Of a DNA stretch of 29,926 nucleotides, positions 1 through 7,679 are shown piece by piece. This DNA is from a virus. A program made the translations under genes and the position numbers. The stretch lies in the IMG/VR virus record IMGVR_UViG_3300045988_112872. One strand, 5' to 3'. Below the pieces are notes generated by a model, which did no database searches, was not told the DNA's origin, and saw only the letters and a list, made by a program, of their open reading frames with translations. The stretch's first letter is position 1. The number at the start of each line of letters is the position of its first letter.

Positions 1-99
1 ATTTTTTTTTTCTTAAAATTATTTGGAAATTTAAAAATAATGTTGTATATTTGTACTATCAAAATAAGAAATAATAAAAATGAAAATTTATTAAAAATA
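1..99. repeat. terminal redundancy, copy 1 (identical to 29828-29926)
   Basis: Read directly: nt 1-99 recur exactly at 29828-29926 (offset 29827). This means a closed circular or terminally redundant genome of 29827 bp. An exact 99-nt overlap could also be an assembler k-mer overlap. Confidence 0.9.
22..53 (+). promoter_or_regulatory. promoter P1 (rightward)
   Basis: TTTG (22-25), 20 nt, TATATTTG (46-53). This matches the Bacteroidota primary-sigma consensus of -33 TTTG and -7 TAnnTTTG. It can also be read as TTGGAA-17nt-TATATT. It is one of three near-identical copies (P2, P3). Confidence 0.55.
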
Positions 100-111
100 A
101 TTGCTAAATTA

Positions 112-143
112 TTTGGAAATTTAATTTTTATGTATTATATTTG
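112..143 (+). promoter_or_regulatory. promoter P2 (rightward), tandem copy of P1
   Basis: aaattaTTTGgaaattt...TATATTTG: TTTG at 112-115, 20 nt, TATATTTG at 136-143. It lies about 90 nt downstream of P1 and shares its flanks. Confidence 0.55.
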
Positions 144-171
144 CAGTATGAAACTAAAACTAATAATTCTA

Positions 172-197
172 GGCAGGTGAAAGTCCTGCCACTTTTT
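172..197 (+). terminator. GC hairpin plus T-tract (intrinsic terminator or attenuator downstream of P2)
   Basis: GGCAGG (172-177), loop tgaaagt, CCTGCC (185-190), then acTTTTTg. It lies about 25 nt after the expected P2 start site and upstream of the helicase gene. Confidence 0.5.
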
Positions 198-206
198 GAA
201 TCTTAC

Positions 207-256
207 TGTCAAGTTTTTTACTCACTTTTAGTAGTAAGAAAATAAAAATATTGACA
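207..256 (+). repeat. conserved intergenic element E, copy 1
   Basis: tgtcaagttttttactcacttttagtagtaagaaaataaaaatattgaca. The arms TGTCAA/TTGACA are inverted repeats. The core is ACTCA-N6-GTAGTAAGA. It ends 30 nt upstream of the helicase ATG. Confidence 0.75.
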
Positions 257-286
257 AAAACTTTAACTATTTAAATTATTAAAATT

Positions 287-2008
287 ATGAAAACATATTT
301 AAACAATTTGATTAATGAGTTGCCAACTAACTGCTTATTTGATAAAGGAAAAGTTGGATGTGGAGGAACTTCAATGGCAATTGAATGTAATAAGCCTTAT
401 GTTATTTGTGTTCCATTTACTAGCTTAGTTGAAAATAAACTTCAACAATATCCAAATGAAAGACGTACTGAGAAGATATTTGGAGTTTATGCTGGAGTTA
501 CTATTAAAGAGATTAAAGATTACGTAGATAGTGTTAAATGTCCTAAAATTATTGTTACATATAACTCACTTCCGAAGGTTATTTCTGCAGTTAATACTAA
601 AGAATACAGTTTATTAGTAGATGAATATCATATACTATTTAATCAGTATAGCTTTAGAAAGGATGCTATTAAACCTGTTTTAGAGAACTATGAATTATTT
701 AAAGATTTTACATTTATGACTGCTACTCCTCTTGAAGAAGAGTTTGTATTAGATGAATTAAAAGATTTAGAATTAGTAAAGCAAGAATGGGATGATGTTA
801 TTGAAACCAAGGTACAAGCCGTTAAATGTAAGAATGTTGAAGCTTCAACTATTAAATTAATTAATGCTGTTCTTAATAATCAAGTCGAAGGTAATGTTTA
901 TATATTTGTAAATTCTGTAGACTTTATAAAGAATCTTATTCAGAAAGCTAAACTTACAGAAGAGAATACCAGAGTTATATATTCCAAAAACAATAAAACC
1001 AAATTATCAATTCATAATTCTACAGTATTAGATGAACCTAAGAAAATAAATTTATTAACTTCTACAGTATTTGAAGGTTCTGATATTTATGATGAAAATG
1101 GAAGAATTGTAGTAGTAAGTGATGCTCAAAAAGCACAAACTCTTCTTGACATCTCAACTTCAATCCAACAGATTGCTGGCAGAATTAGAAATAGTAAATA
1201 TTTAAACTGGATAACTCATCTTTACTCAGCAACAAGATATGCAGATATTAGTTATGAAGACTTTAAAAAGAAGAATATCCAGAATATTGAGGAAACTAAG
1301 ATTGCTGTAGATGCTTACAATGCAATGCCTGAAGTTGCAAGAAAGAAACTTAAAGAATTTACATCTGATACTTATATCCAAGTAAATGATGATTTTACAT
1401 TTACATTTGATCCAAATATGGCTAAGGTAGATATTTTTAACTTTAAAGTGACAAGAGGTTTATATTCTATTAGAACGAATCTTAATAAAGAATATATAAA
1501 GAATGGATTTAAAAAAGTAATAGAATGTGAAGACAACTCTATTAAGATTGATTTTGAATCTGATAATAAACCATTTAAAGAACTAATTAAAGAAGTTAGA
1601 ACAGAATGGGAAAATAAATTTAAACTGAATACTCCACTCTTAAATGATGCTATTATTAAATATCCTTGGTTACCAGAAGCTATTAGTAAATTAGGATTCG
1701 AAAAGATGGCAAGCTTGAAATATTGCATTTCGGATATTAAAGATGCTCTATTAAAGAAATCAAATAAAAGTGCAGATAATAAAGCAGCTAAGAAGTTAAA
1801 TCAATCAATTACTCTTGGAATGTGGTATTCTAACGCTGATATTAAAAAGTTTGTTAAAGAAGCTTATGAAATTAGTGATATTACTATTACTCCAAAAGCA
1901 ACAGAAATTGATAAATATTATGAAGTTAAAAAATGCCAGAAAAGAGTAAATGGTAAACAAACTGAAGGTTATGTAATTATTAATAAAAAATTTGTATTTA
2001 ATAAATAA
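287..2008 (+). CDS. superfamily-2 (DExH) helicase, probable replication initiator/helicase
   Basis: 573-aa intact ORF. Motifs by eye: GKVGCGGTS (motif I-like), LLVDEYH (II), FMTATP (III), TSTVFEGSDI (V), QQIAGRIRN (VI). TAA stop. Its 5 Trp are all TGG and it has no in-frame TGA. Confidence 0.7.
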   Translation: MKTYLNNLINELPTNCLFDKGKVGCGGTSMAIECNKPYVICVPFTSLVENKLQQYPNERRTEKIFGVYAGVTIKEIKDYVDSVKCPKIIVTYNSLPKVISAVNTKEYSLLVDEYHILFNQYSFRKDAIKPVLENYELFKDFTFMTATPLEEEFVLDELKDLELVKQEWDDVIETKVQAVKCKNVEASTIKLINAVLNNQVEGNVYIFVNSVDFIKNLIQKAKLTEENTRVIYSKNNKTKLSIHNSTVLDEPKKINLLTSTVFEGSDIYDENGRIVVVSDAQKAQTLLDISTSIQQIAGRIRNSKYLNWITHLYSATRYADISYEDFKKKNIQNIEETKIAVDAYNAMPEVARKKLKEFTSDTYIQVNDDFTFTFDPNMAKVDIFNFKVTRGLYSIRTNLNKEYIKNGFKKVIECEDNSIKIDFESDNKPFKELIKEVRTEWENKFKLNTPLLNDAIIKYPWLPEAISKLGFEKMASLKYCISDIKDALLKKSNKSADNKAAKKLNQSITLGMWYSNADIKKFVKEAYEISDITITPKATEIDKYYEVKKCQKRVNGKQTEGYVIINKKFVFNK

Positions 2009-2026
2009 AAATATTATATTTGTGAT

Positions 2027-2152
2027 ATGGAAAGTGATATTAAAGAAACAATAAAACAAACAGAAGAGTATATTAAAGAATTGGATAAATGAATGCTCGA
2101 ATGTAAAGAGGCTACTAAAAGATTTGGTGATATTATAGATAAAGTATTATAG
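2027..2152 (+). CDS. small hypothetical protein (41 aa if TGA=Trp)
   Basis: ATG at 2027, in-frame TGA at 2090-2092, TAG at 2150-2152: MESDIKETIKQTEEYIKELDKWMLECKEATKRFGDIIDKVL. It could instead be two mini-ORFs. It is too short to be confident. Confidence 0.3.
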
Positions 2153-2177
2153 ATAAAGTATTAAAAGATAAAGATTA
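2137..2177 (+). repeat. three direct repeats AGATAAAG(T)ATTA (iteron-like)
   Basis: agataaagtatta at 2137-2149 and again exactly at 2151-2163. agataaagatta at 2166-2177. Period is 14-15 nt. They lie just downstream of the helicase gene. Confidence 0.5.
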
Positions 2178-2204
2178 TATGTTTATTTCTAAATTTGATT
2201 AATT

Positions 2205-2345
2205 ATGGATGATTATTTATTTAAAAAGCTTGAAGAACTAGAATACAGAATAGTTCAACTAGAAAACCAGAATAGAGGTTTAGTTTGGGAAGAAGTAGAA
2301 GAAATGCCAAAACCAGAAATTACTAATGCAACATATACTGATTAA
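2205..2345 (+). CDS. small hypothetical protein (46 aa, coiled-coil-like)
   Basis: ATG at 2205, TAA at 2343-2345: MDDYLFKKLEELEYRIVQLENQNRGLVWEEVEEMPKPEITNATYTD. It is packed between neighbouring ORFs on the rightward arm. Confidence 0.35.
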   Translation: MDDYLFKKLEELEYRIVQLENQNRGLVWEEVEEMPKPEITNATYTD

Positions 2346-2346
2346 T

Positions 2347-2490
2347 ATGAAATACCAAACCTATAAAGTATGTATAAATGGAGTGTATTATGTATATGTA
2401 ATACCAGAAAATAGTAAGTTTTTAGTAGACTTACAAACAGGAGATTTAATACCTAAAGAAGATGATAAATTATTTGAAATGATGGAATAA
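2347..2490 (+). CDS. small hypothetical protein (47 aa)
   Basis: ATG at 2347, one nt after the previous stop. TAA at 2488-2490: MKYQTYKVCINGVYYVYVIPENSKFLVDLQTGDLIPKEDDKLFEMME. Confidence 0.35.
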   Translation: MKYQTYKVCINGVYYVYVIPENSKFLVDLQTGDLIPKEDDKLFEMME

Positions 2491-2494
2491 ATGA

Positions 2495-2522
2495 AAATAG
2501 GAGGGCATAAACCCTCCTATTT
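2495..2522. terminator. bidirectional intrinsic terminator between the convergent arms
   Basis: aaataggaggg (2495-2505), loop cataaa, ccctcctattt (2512-2522). It sits between the last rightward ORF (ends 2490) and the last leftward gene (ends 2527). Both flanks are A/T-rich. Confidence 0.7.
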
Positions 2523-2526
2523 CTGT

Positions 2527-3096
2527 TTAAGCGTATTTTCAAATGTATCCTTTAGATGTTTGCTTTAATCCACTACATACTCTACTAATGGCTCCTCTAT
2601 CAGTTCCTACTGCATTAGCCGCTTCAGTACAGCTTTCATATTCCTTAATAAAGTTTCCCTCTAAATCATATTGTAAAACCTTTTTACATCTTTTCTTATT
2701 ATGAATTTCATTACTAATCTTCCAAGGCAAACTATATAAATGTTTCTTACCTTTATTTGATTCTGATAGTTTCTTTCTTCATTCTGGAGAAAATTTTATT
2801 CCATAGTTGCCACCTTCACCTCCTGGCTTCAAGTTTAAACACATTGGATCTACTTCCCATTTATCTCCTATTAATTCATACTCCCTTTTAGATAATTCAT
2901 CTGAATCATTACAGAATGCAATTATTTCTTTTTTATATGCATTAGGAAATCTTTTATAGTAGTTCTTAATAATTTTACCAGAACCTTTATATGGATCTTT
3001 ATATGGGTCTTTTCCTTTATAAATACGCTTACCAATGTAATATTTTCCTCTCAATGAGCCAGCAGTTAAATAAATTTTATAACAATAGTAAAACAT
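2527..3096 (-). CDS. GIY-YIG homing endonuclease (GIY-YIG, NUMOD3-like linker, C-terminal HTH)
   Basis: Joins track ORFs 2779-3096 and 2539-2730 (same frame) through TGA at 2779-2781 (FSPE-W-RKKLSESNKGKK). Reads through TGA at 2539-2541 (SKGYI-W-KYA) to TAA at 2527-2529. N-terminal YKIY...GKYYIGK is a GIY-YIG motif. Confidence 0.8.
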
Positions 3097-3098
3097 AA

Positions 3099-3551
3099 TT
3101 ATATAATTGTAAATTTCTGTCTTCTCTGCAAACCCTCTTTATTCTTCAGTCCTAAATGAATTCAACTAGCTATTCCATTTCTAGGTTTCTCATAAATAAG
3201 TTGATCAAAATCATACTTTTCAATAGCTTCAGTAATCCAAACCTGAAATTCTTTCATTTGGCCGTTACTTGGAATTATATCTGCTGCATACCCTGTTAAA
3301 TGAGCAGAAGTTGAAGATCCTCCTACAGCTTTATTAAGCTCATTACATCTATAACCTGAATTCACACTTATTGCTGGATTCCCCAACCGATTAACATCAC
3401 AATACTCTGCCCAATCACTTCTTAATGGGTCTAAAAGTTTCTCGACTAACTCTATAAGGTGTTCAGTAATCTCTTTATTTGGAGTATTATCTATCTTCTT
3501 AATAGAAGCTGTATCAGATCTTGTTAATTCACTAATAGTAAAATATTTCAT
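3099..3551 (-). CDS. endolysin, peptidase M15 (VanY / L-Ala-D-Glu peptidase type)
   Basis: SGYRCNELNKAVGGSSTSAHLTGYAADI is the M15 H-x6-D zinc motif. The track ORF stops at TGA 3162-3164. Read as Trp it continues ...NGIAS-W-IHLGLKNKEG... to TAA at 3099-3101, restoring the conserved W-x-H segment that holds the third zinc ligand. Confidence 0.8.
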
Positions 3552-3712
3552 TATTTAATAATATCTTTAAGCATAGTATAACGGTAAAATAAATGACATC
3601 CTGCACCAAGTGCTATGAGTACTAATGTAATCCAAAATGGAATTACTTTTACCATTAAAAATACTAAGATTATAATTACTATTGCTATTAAATATTTCAT
3701 CCAATATTTCAT
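3551..3712 (-). CDS. putative holin (53 aa, two hydrophobic helices)
   Basis: MKYWMKYLIAIVIIILVFLMVKVIPFWITLVLIALGAGCHLFYRYTMLKDIIK. Its TAA overlaps the endolysin ATG (TAATG). Missed by the track because it is under 60 aa. Confidence 0.5.
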   Translation of the reverse strand: MKYWMKYLIAIVIIILVFLMVKVIPFWITLVLIALGAGCHLFYRYTMLKDIIK

Positions 3713-3715
3713 AAC

Positions 3716-4369
3716 TTATTTATTTAAAATTATACTTACTTTAATTCCTGCATCTCTTAGTTTTACTCAAGTATCAACTGGCATCTCATTATCACAATAA
3801 GATAAGCCTAAAATTCCAATATCTCTATCTTCTGATTTTAAATAGAATATTGCAATCTTATTAACATCATTAGATTTAAATGTATAATACATTCTTCTAT
3901 CTAATTCCTTTATATCTTCAACATCTCCAAATCATCCTCCTTTTTTAGATGTTTCCAATATAAATAAATAATCAGATAATAGGAAGTCTTTATAGTGACT
4001 TGAAACTGGAGCAACTCCAGGTTCTGTTTCTTCACTATTCATAATTCCATAAGTGAATGGTAATCCTCCTAATCCTGAAGCGCCATTATGATACTCAATA
4101 ACTCAAGCTCTATCTGCATTCGTATCATTTAAAAGGTCTTTAAGGATATATCTAACCTTAAGATCCGCTTCTTGTCGTATTACTTGATTAGTATTATGAA
4201 CTGTTTCTATATAACTTACAACTTTATCATATATTATTCCTGGATTAGTACTTATAATTATTACATAAGAAATAAATATAAATCCAAATCCACTTTTAAT
4301 TATTTTCCACAGTCCATATTTATCTACTCATTCTAATACCTTTCCAAACCAGTTTAATTTATTTTCCAT
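3716..4369 (-). CDS. membrane-anchored protein of the lysis region (217 aa), function unknown
   Basis: ATG at 4369 overlaps the upstream TAA. There are four in-frame TGAs (VLE-W-VDKYG, ADRA-W-VIEYHNG, KKGG-W-FGDVED, PVDT-W-VKLRD) and TAA at 3716-3718. It has an N-terminal hydrophobic helix. This gene is invisible in the standard-code track. Confidence 0.6.
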
Positions 4370-4794
4370 TACATATTATCAGAACAAGTACCCAGAGTAT
4401 TGTCTACAGCTAAATCAACTCTAACAAATACTCCAGTGCAAATATCTTTGAACTTCTGATAAAATGGAGTAAAAATTAAAGGATAAGAAATATCAACTTC
4501 TGGATATTGGTTATTAAATCGGTTAATTATATTAGTTAATGCTAATATTCCAGCTGATTGCTCTTCAAGCTGATTATTATCAGTCTCATCCCATCTTGCT
4601 ATAAAATAGAGATTTAAAGAGTAAGTAATAGTATCCTCATCCATATTAAATGTATTTGGAGTTATATAAAATACATTATATTCAATAGTTGGGATACTAT
4701 TAAGTTCATATATATCCTTACTTCCTACAAAATTAATATTGGGTTCTTCAAGAGCACAAGCTTTTAAATTGTTTATTAATTCAAAATACGTCAT
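4369..4794 (-). CDS. hypothetical virion/neck protein (141 aa)
   Basis: Track ORF 4369-4896 trimmed to the Met at 4794 (MTYFELINNLK...), one nt after the upstream TAA. The upstream part of the track ORF overlaps the preceding gene. Confidence 0.5.
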   Translation of the reverse strand: MTYFELINNLKACALEEPNINFVGSKDIYELNSIPTIEYNVFYITPNTFNMDEDTITYSLNLYFIARWDETDNNQLEEQSAGILALTNIINRFNNQYPEVDISYPLIFTPFYQKFKDICTGVFVRVDLAVDNTLGTCSDNM

Positions 4795-4795
4795 T

Positions 4796-5473
4796 TTACT
4801 TACTCTTTTTATTGTTATCACTTGAAGGGAAATCATAAGCTCTTTGCAGAGGACCTTCACAAGAATTATATCTCCAACCTTTACCTCTAGCTCCACCTAA
4901 CCAAATAGTACAAGATGAACTTGAATACATATTTGGATACATATCTTTAAGAGGTTTATAAGAATACAATTCAGGAAAATCATTATAATATGTAATTACC
5001 CAATTTTGTAATCTCGTTTTAAAGAAATCTGCTTTATCTCTATAATATTTCTTAATAAGATTAACTTGGCTAATATCAGAAGTTAAATCTTTCTCATCAT
5101 CAGTCCTCATAACCCCAAAATTACTCAGCTTAAATGAGATGGGTATAGTAATCTCACTTAATACTTGATAAAGTAAATAAGGCTGAATATAGTAATCTAG
5201 CAATTCTTTATATCTATGATTTTCTGGGTCATCTATTGAAGTAGGATCATAAATAGGAGGTTCTATTGGATGAACTGGTTTATTTGGATCTTTTCAATCA
5301 ATTACTAATTTCTGAATCTTTTCTAAGAGCTTAGTTCCAATTAATGACTGAAGCTCAATATCTTGTGCAAGTTTAATTGCTGACTGAAGATATTTACCAG
5401 AAACATTATTGTCTAGATTAGATTCTGATTTTATATAATCTTCAGATATTAATAGTACATTTCTATATTCCAT
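4796..5473 (-). CDS. putative head-tail connector / head completion protein (225 aa)
   Basis: ATG at 5473 (MEYRNVLLISEDYIKSESNLDNNVSGKYLQSAIKLAQDIELQSLIGTKLL...). TGA at 5294-5296 (LVID-W-KDPNKP) joins it to track ORF 4796-5203. The function guess rests on the N-terminal motif and on position next to the portal. Confidence 0.4.
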
Positions 5474-6116
5474 AATAATATTTATAATTTTTGCAGGGTT
5501 TATTTTTTCTACAAGATCTAGATATACTAGAAGAATCTACATTATTCTTCTCTCCAGCTTCCTTAGCTGATTTATACTCACAAATAAAATTACCATCTAA
5601 ATCATACTTATATACTTTTTTGCACTGACGTTCTGAAATTAGTTGTTTTTCTTTATCTGAGAGTTTCATACCTTTATTTCAAGGAGTTTTGCCTAATCTT
5701 GCCTCCCTCATTTTACGCTTGCTTTCATCTGAATGCTGTTTACCATAAAATGAGTTATTTTCTCCTGATCTTATAATTCTAAGACTATCTTTATAATCTT
5801 GTGAAAAAGAATATCCACAAGTACCGTCTCCTCCATCAGTTAAATTATACCCATATTTTGGATTTCTAGTATTATACTTATAAATCAGAATCTTTTCTAA
5901 AGTCTTAGCACAAGCTTCTGGAAGATTATCTCTAATTATAATATGCTCAAAATTATCTCAACCATATTTTTTAATTGCTCTGCTAAAATAAAGATTATTC
6001 TTGTAACCTTGACCTTTAGTTCCCCATCTATTATTTAAAGTAAGTGATGTTATTCCAAAATATAATTTATTATCAGCTATATTCTTATGGCAGTACACTG
6101 TATAATTATTCAACAT
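5463..6116 (-). CDS. GIY-YIG homing endonuclease (217 aa)
   Basis: ATG at 6116: MLNNYTVYCHKNIADNKLYFGITS...NNRWG...AIKKYG-W-DNFEHIII (TGA 5958-5960) ...LGKTP-W-NKG (TGA 5679-5681) ... C-terminal HTH (track ORF 5463-5669). TAG stop. It overlaps the portal end by 11 nt and the connector start by 11 nt. Confidence 0.85.
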
Positions 6117-7197
6117 TTTCTGCATTGTCTGACATTCCTTTTGGAGTTAAACTAAATGGTTCAATAGTAATACTATTCTTAATGCCGAAGATTTTATCAA
6201 ATGAGTCACAAATTTCTGATTGTATTGGGCGTACAAAAGTACGATTATATAGCTTAAATGCTTCATTAAACTCATTTTCATTAAATCCTGAGCTATAGTT
6301 TAAACCGAACAACGAAGGATTAGCTCTGAAGGCACAGAATATTTGATCTCTGGTTCTCTCAGATAATGATTGATATTTCTCATCAAAATCATCAGAATCT
6401 AATCTTTCAATAGTAGTCTTATTTGCCTCATCTGCATTATATGAAATCAATATTCTGCCAGCATTCTGATAACCAGAGAACTTCTCATTAATATTCCTCT
6501 CAATCTCCTCTCTAATTTCATCTGTAGGTTCCCCATTATTAAAGTTAATAATAAGATTACCCATAAATCCATTATTGATGTTATTTAAATGGAATTCATT
6601 AATATTTTTCTCAGTTTCACAAGATAAAATGGCAGCTCCATAAACAGGAATAGGATATACTCCTCTTGTTATATAACCTTTATTATAAAATATACTAGCT
6701 GGATTTTCATCAGCAGCTCCAAATTTTGGATATTTTATAGCTTTTGCAGACCAAGCTGTCCAATCAGTTGCATAATATAATATATCATTCTTTTCGCTTG
6801 ACCTTACATTCATAAAATCAATATGATAGATCTCTGCAACTCTTCCAAGCATATCTCTAATTACTTGGATAGCATAACCTCCAAATATCATCTTATCAAT
6901 AGTGATTTTTCTCATTATATCAACTATTGTTTCACCTTTCTTGTTTACAACTACTTCAAATCCTGGAGCATTACATTTAACATCATTACCAACAATAAAG
7001 TCAGCAGAACCATTAATAATGGATTGGAGAGTGGCAACATTTAAATATAAATCCCATAGATATAATGGATATTTATTATCTTCTCCTCACATTACATAAT
7101 CTTTTCCTCTCACTTTAGTTTCTGTAGGTAATACGATATTACTTGCAATAAACGGATCAATAGCACTTAACTGAACTTTTGTTTTATTTTCGCTCAT
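6106..7197 (-). CDS. portal protein (363 aa)
   Basis: ATG at 7197 (MSENKTKVQLSAIDPF...GKDYVM-W-GEDNKYPLYLWDLY...), TGA at 7087-7089, continuing into track ORF 6106-6915. The pattern is portal-like (GEDNKYP, NNGFMG, FRANPSLFG). Confidence 0.7.
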
Positions 7198-7576
7198 AAC
7201 TTACGTATGTATTAGGTTTGTCGTATTGATAATTATTATTCTCATAATCTCCAATTCTTATTAATCCTGTTCCCAATATAGGTATTGGTTTACCAGCAAC
7301 TAATATCTGAGTACCATTAGTAAGAGTATTATTATATGTAACCATAATAACTGGATTGCCATATAACTCTGATCTAAATGGATTGTTTACATCAACTATA
7401 ACTTGAAATTTATTTGGATTAGTAAATAAAATATATTGATATTCACCGTCTCTCATTCCTTCTTGAAGTGTAATATCAAACTTATAGTAGATATTCTCAG
7501 AATAATTCTGATTTTCAAGATCAAATGTATAAACTTCTTTAGTAGTTGTATTTTGCATTAATAAAGTATAATTCAT
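7184..7576 (-). CDS. hypothetical protein (130 aa)
   Basis: Intact ORF with a TAA stop. It overlaps the portal start by 14 nt and is the first gene after the 7652-7679 terminator. Confidence 0.5.
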   Translation of the reverse strand: MNYTLLMQNTTTKEVYTFDLENQNYSENIYYKFDITLQEGMRDGEYQYILFTNPNKFQVIVDVNNPFRSELYGNPVIMVTYNNTLTNGTQILVAGKPIPILGTGLIRIGDYENNNYQYDKPNTYVSYERK

Positions 7577-7651
7577 ATTTTACAGCAATTTACATTAGTT
7601 TTACATATCTTTTTCTTAAAATATAAACCAATTTACTAATGTATTAAAATA

Positions 7652-7679
7652 ATTAAAGGAGACCTAAGCCTCCTTTAAT
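7652..7679 (-). terminator. intrinsic terminator (leftward), abutting element E2
   Basis: The 10-nt arms 7652-7661 and 7670-7679 pair, with core aaaggag/ctccttt. The leftward strand has a U-rich tail after the hairpin (aauuauuuua). Confidence 0.6.

Noticed and set aside
207-256. Element E could be a degenerate suppressor tRNA or tRNA-like minihelix, because it has a conserved ACTCA in an apical loop containing TCA.
   Set aside because: It is only about 50 nt long and has no D-arm, T-arm or acceptor features. The TCA is preceded by C, not the invariant U33. The stems are almost pure A-U.
287-2008. The absence of TGA from the helicase gene could be evidence that recoding separates early from late genes.
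   Set aside because: The gene has only 5 Trp codons, so their all being TGG is not statistically meaningful. Early-module leftward genes (nuclease, HNH, sigma halves, membrane protein) do contain TGA. Some late genes (scaffold, protease, 13425-13949) contain none.
1372-2059. Minus-strand ORFs 1372-1728 and 1805-2059 lie opposite the helicase gene. ORFs 14613-14804 and 16197-16382 are off-frame on the minus strand.
   Set aside because: They are shadow or off-frame ORFs overlapping supported genes (helicase, MCP, the end of the tape-measure-like gene and element E3). They contain no recognisable motifs.
3615-3800. Plus-strand track ORFs lie opposite the leftward genes: 3615-3800, 6044-6298, 6823-7044, 6902-7099, 9754-10050, 12372-12638, 12642-12911, 14257-14478, 15130-15429, 18011-18271, 18701-18883 and 28536-28727.
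   Set aside because: Each lies entirely antisense to a well-supported gene. They have low-complexity, Ile/Leu/Phe/Ser-rich composition, typical of shadow ORFs in AT-rich DNA. None has promoter context.
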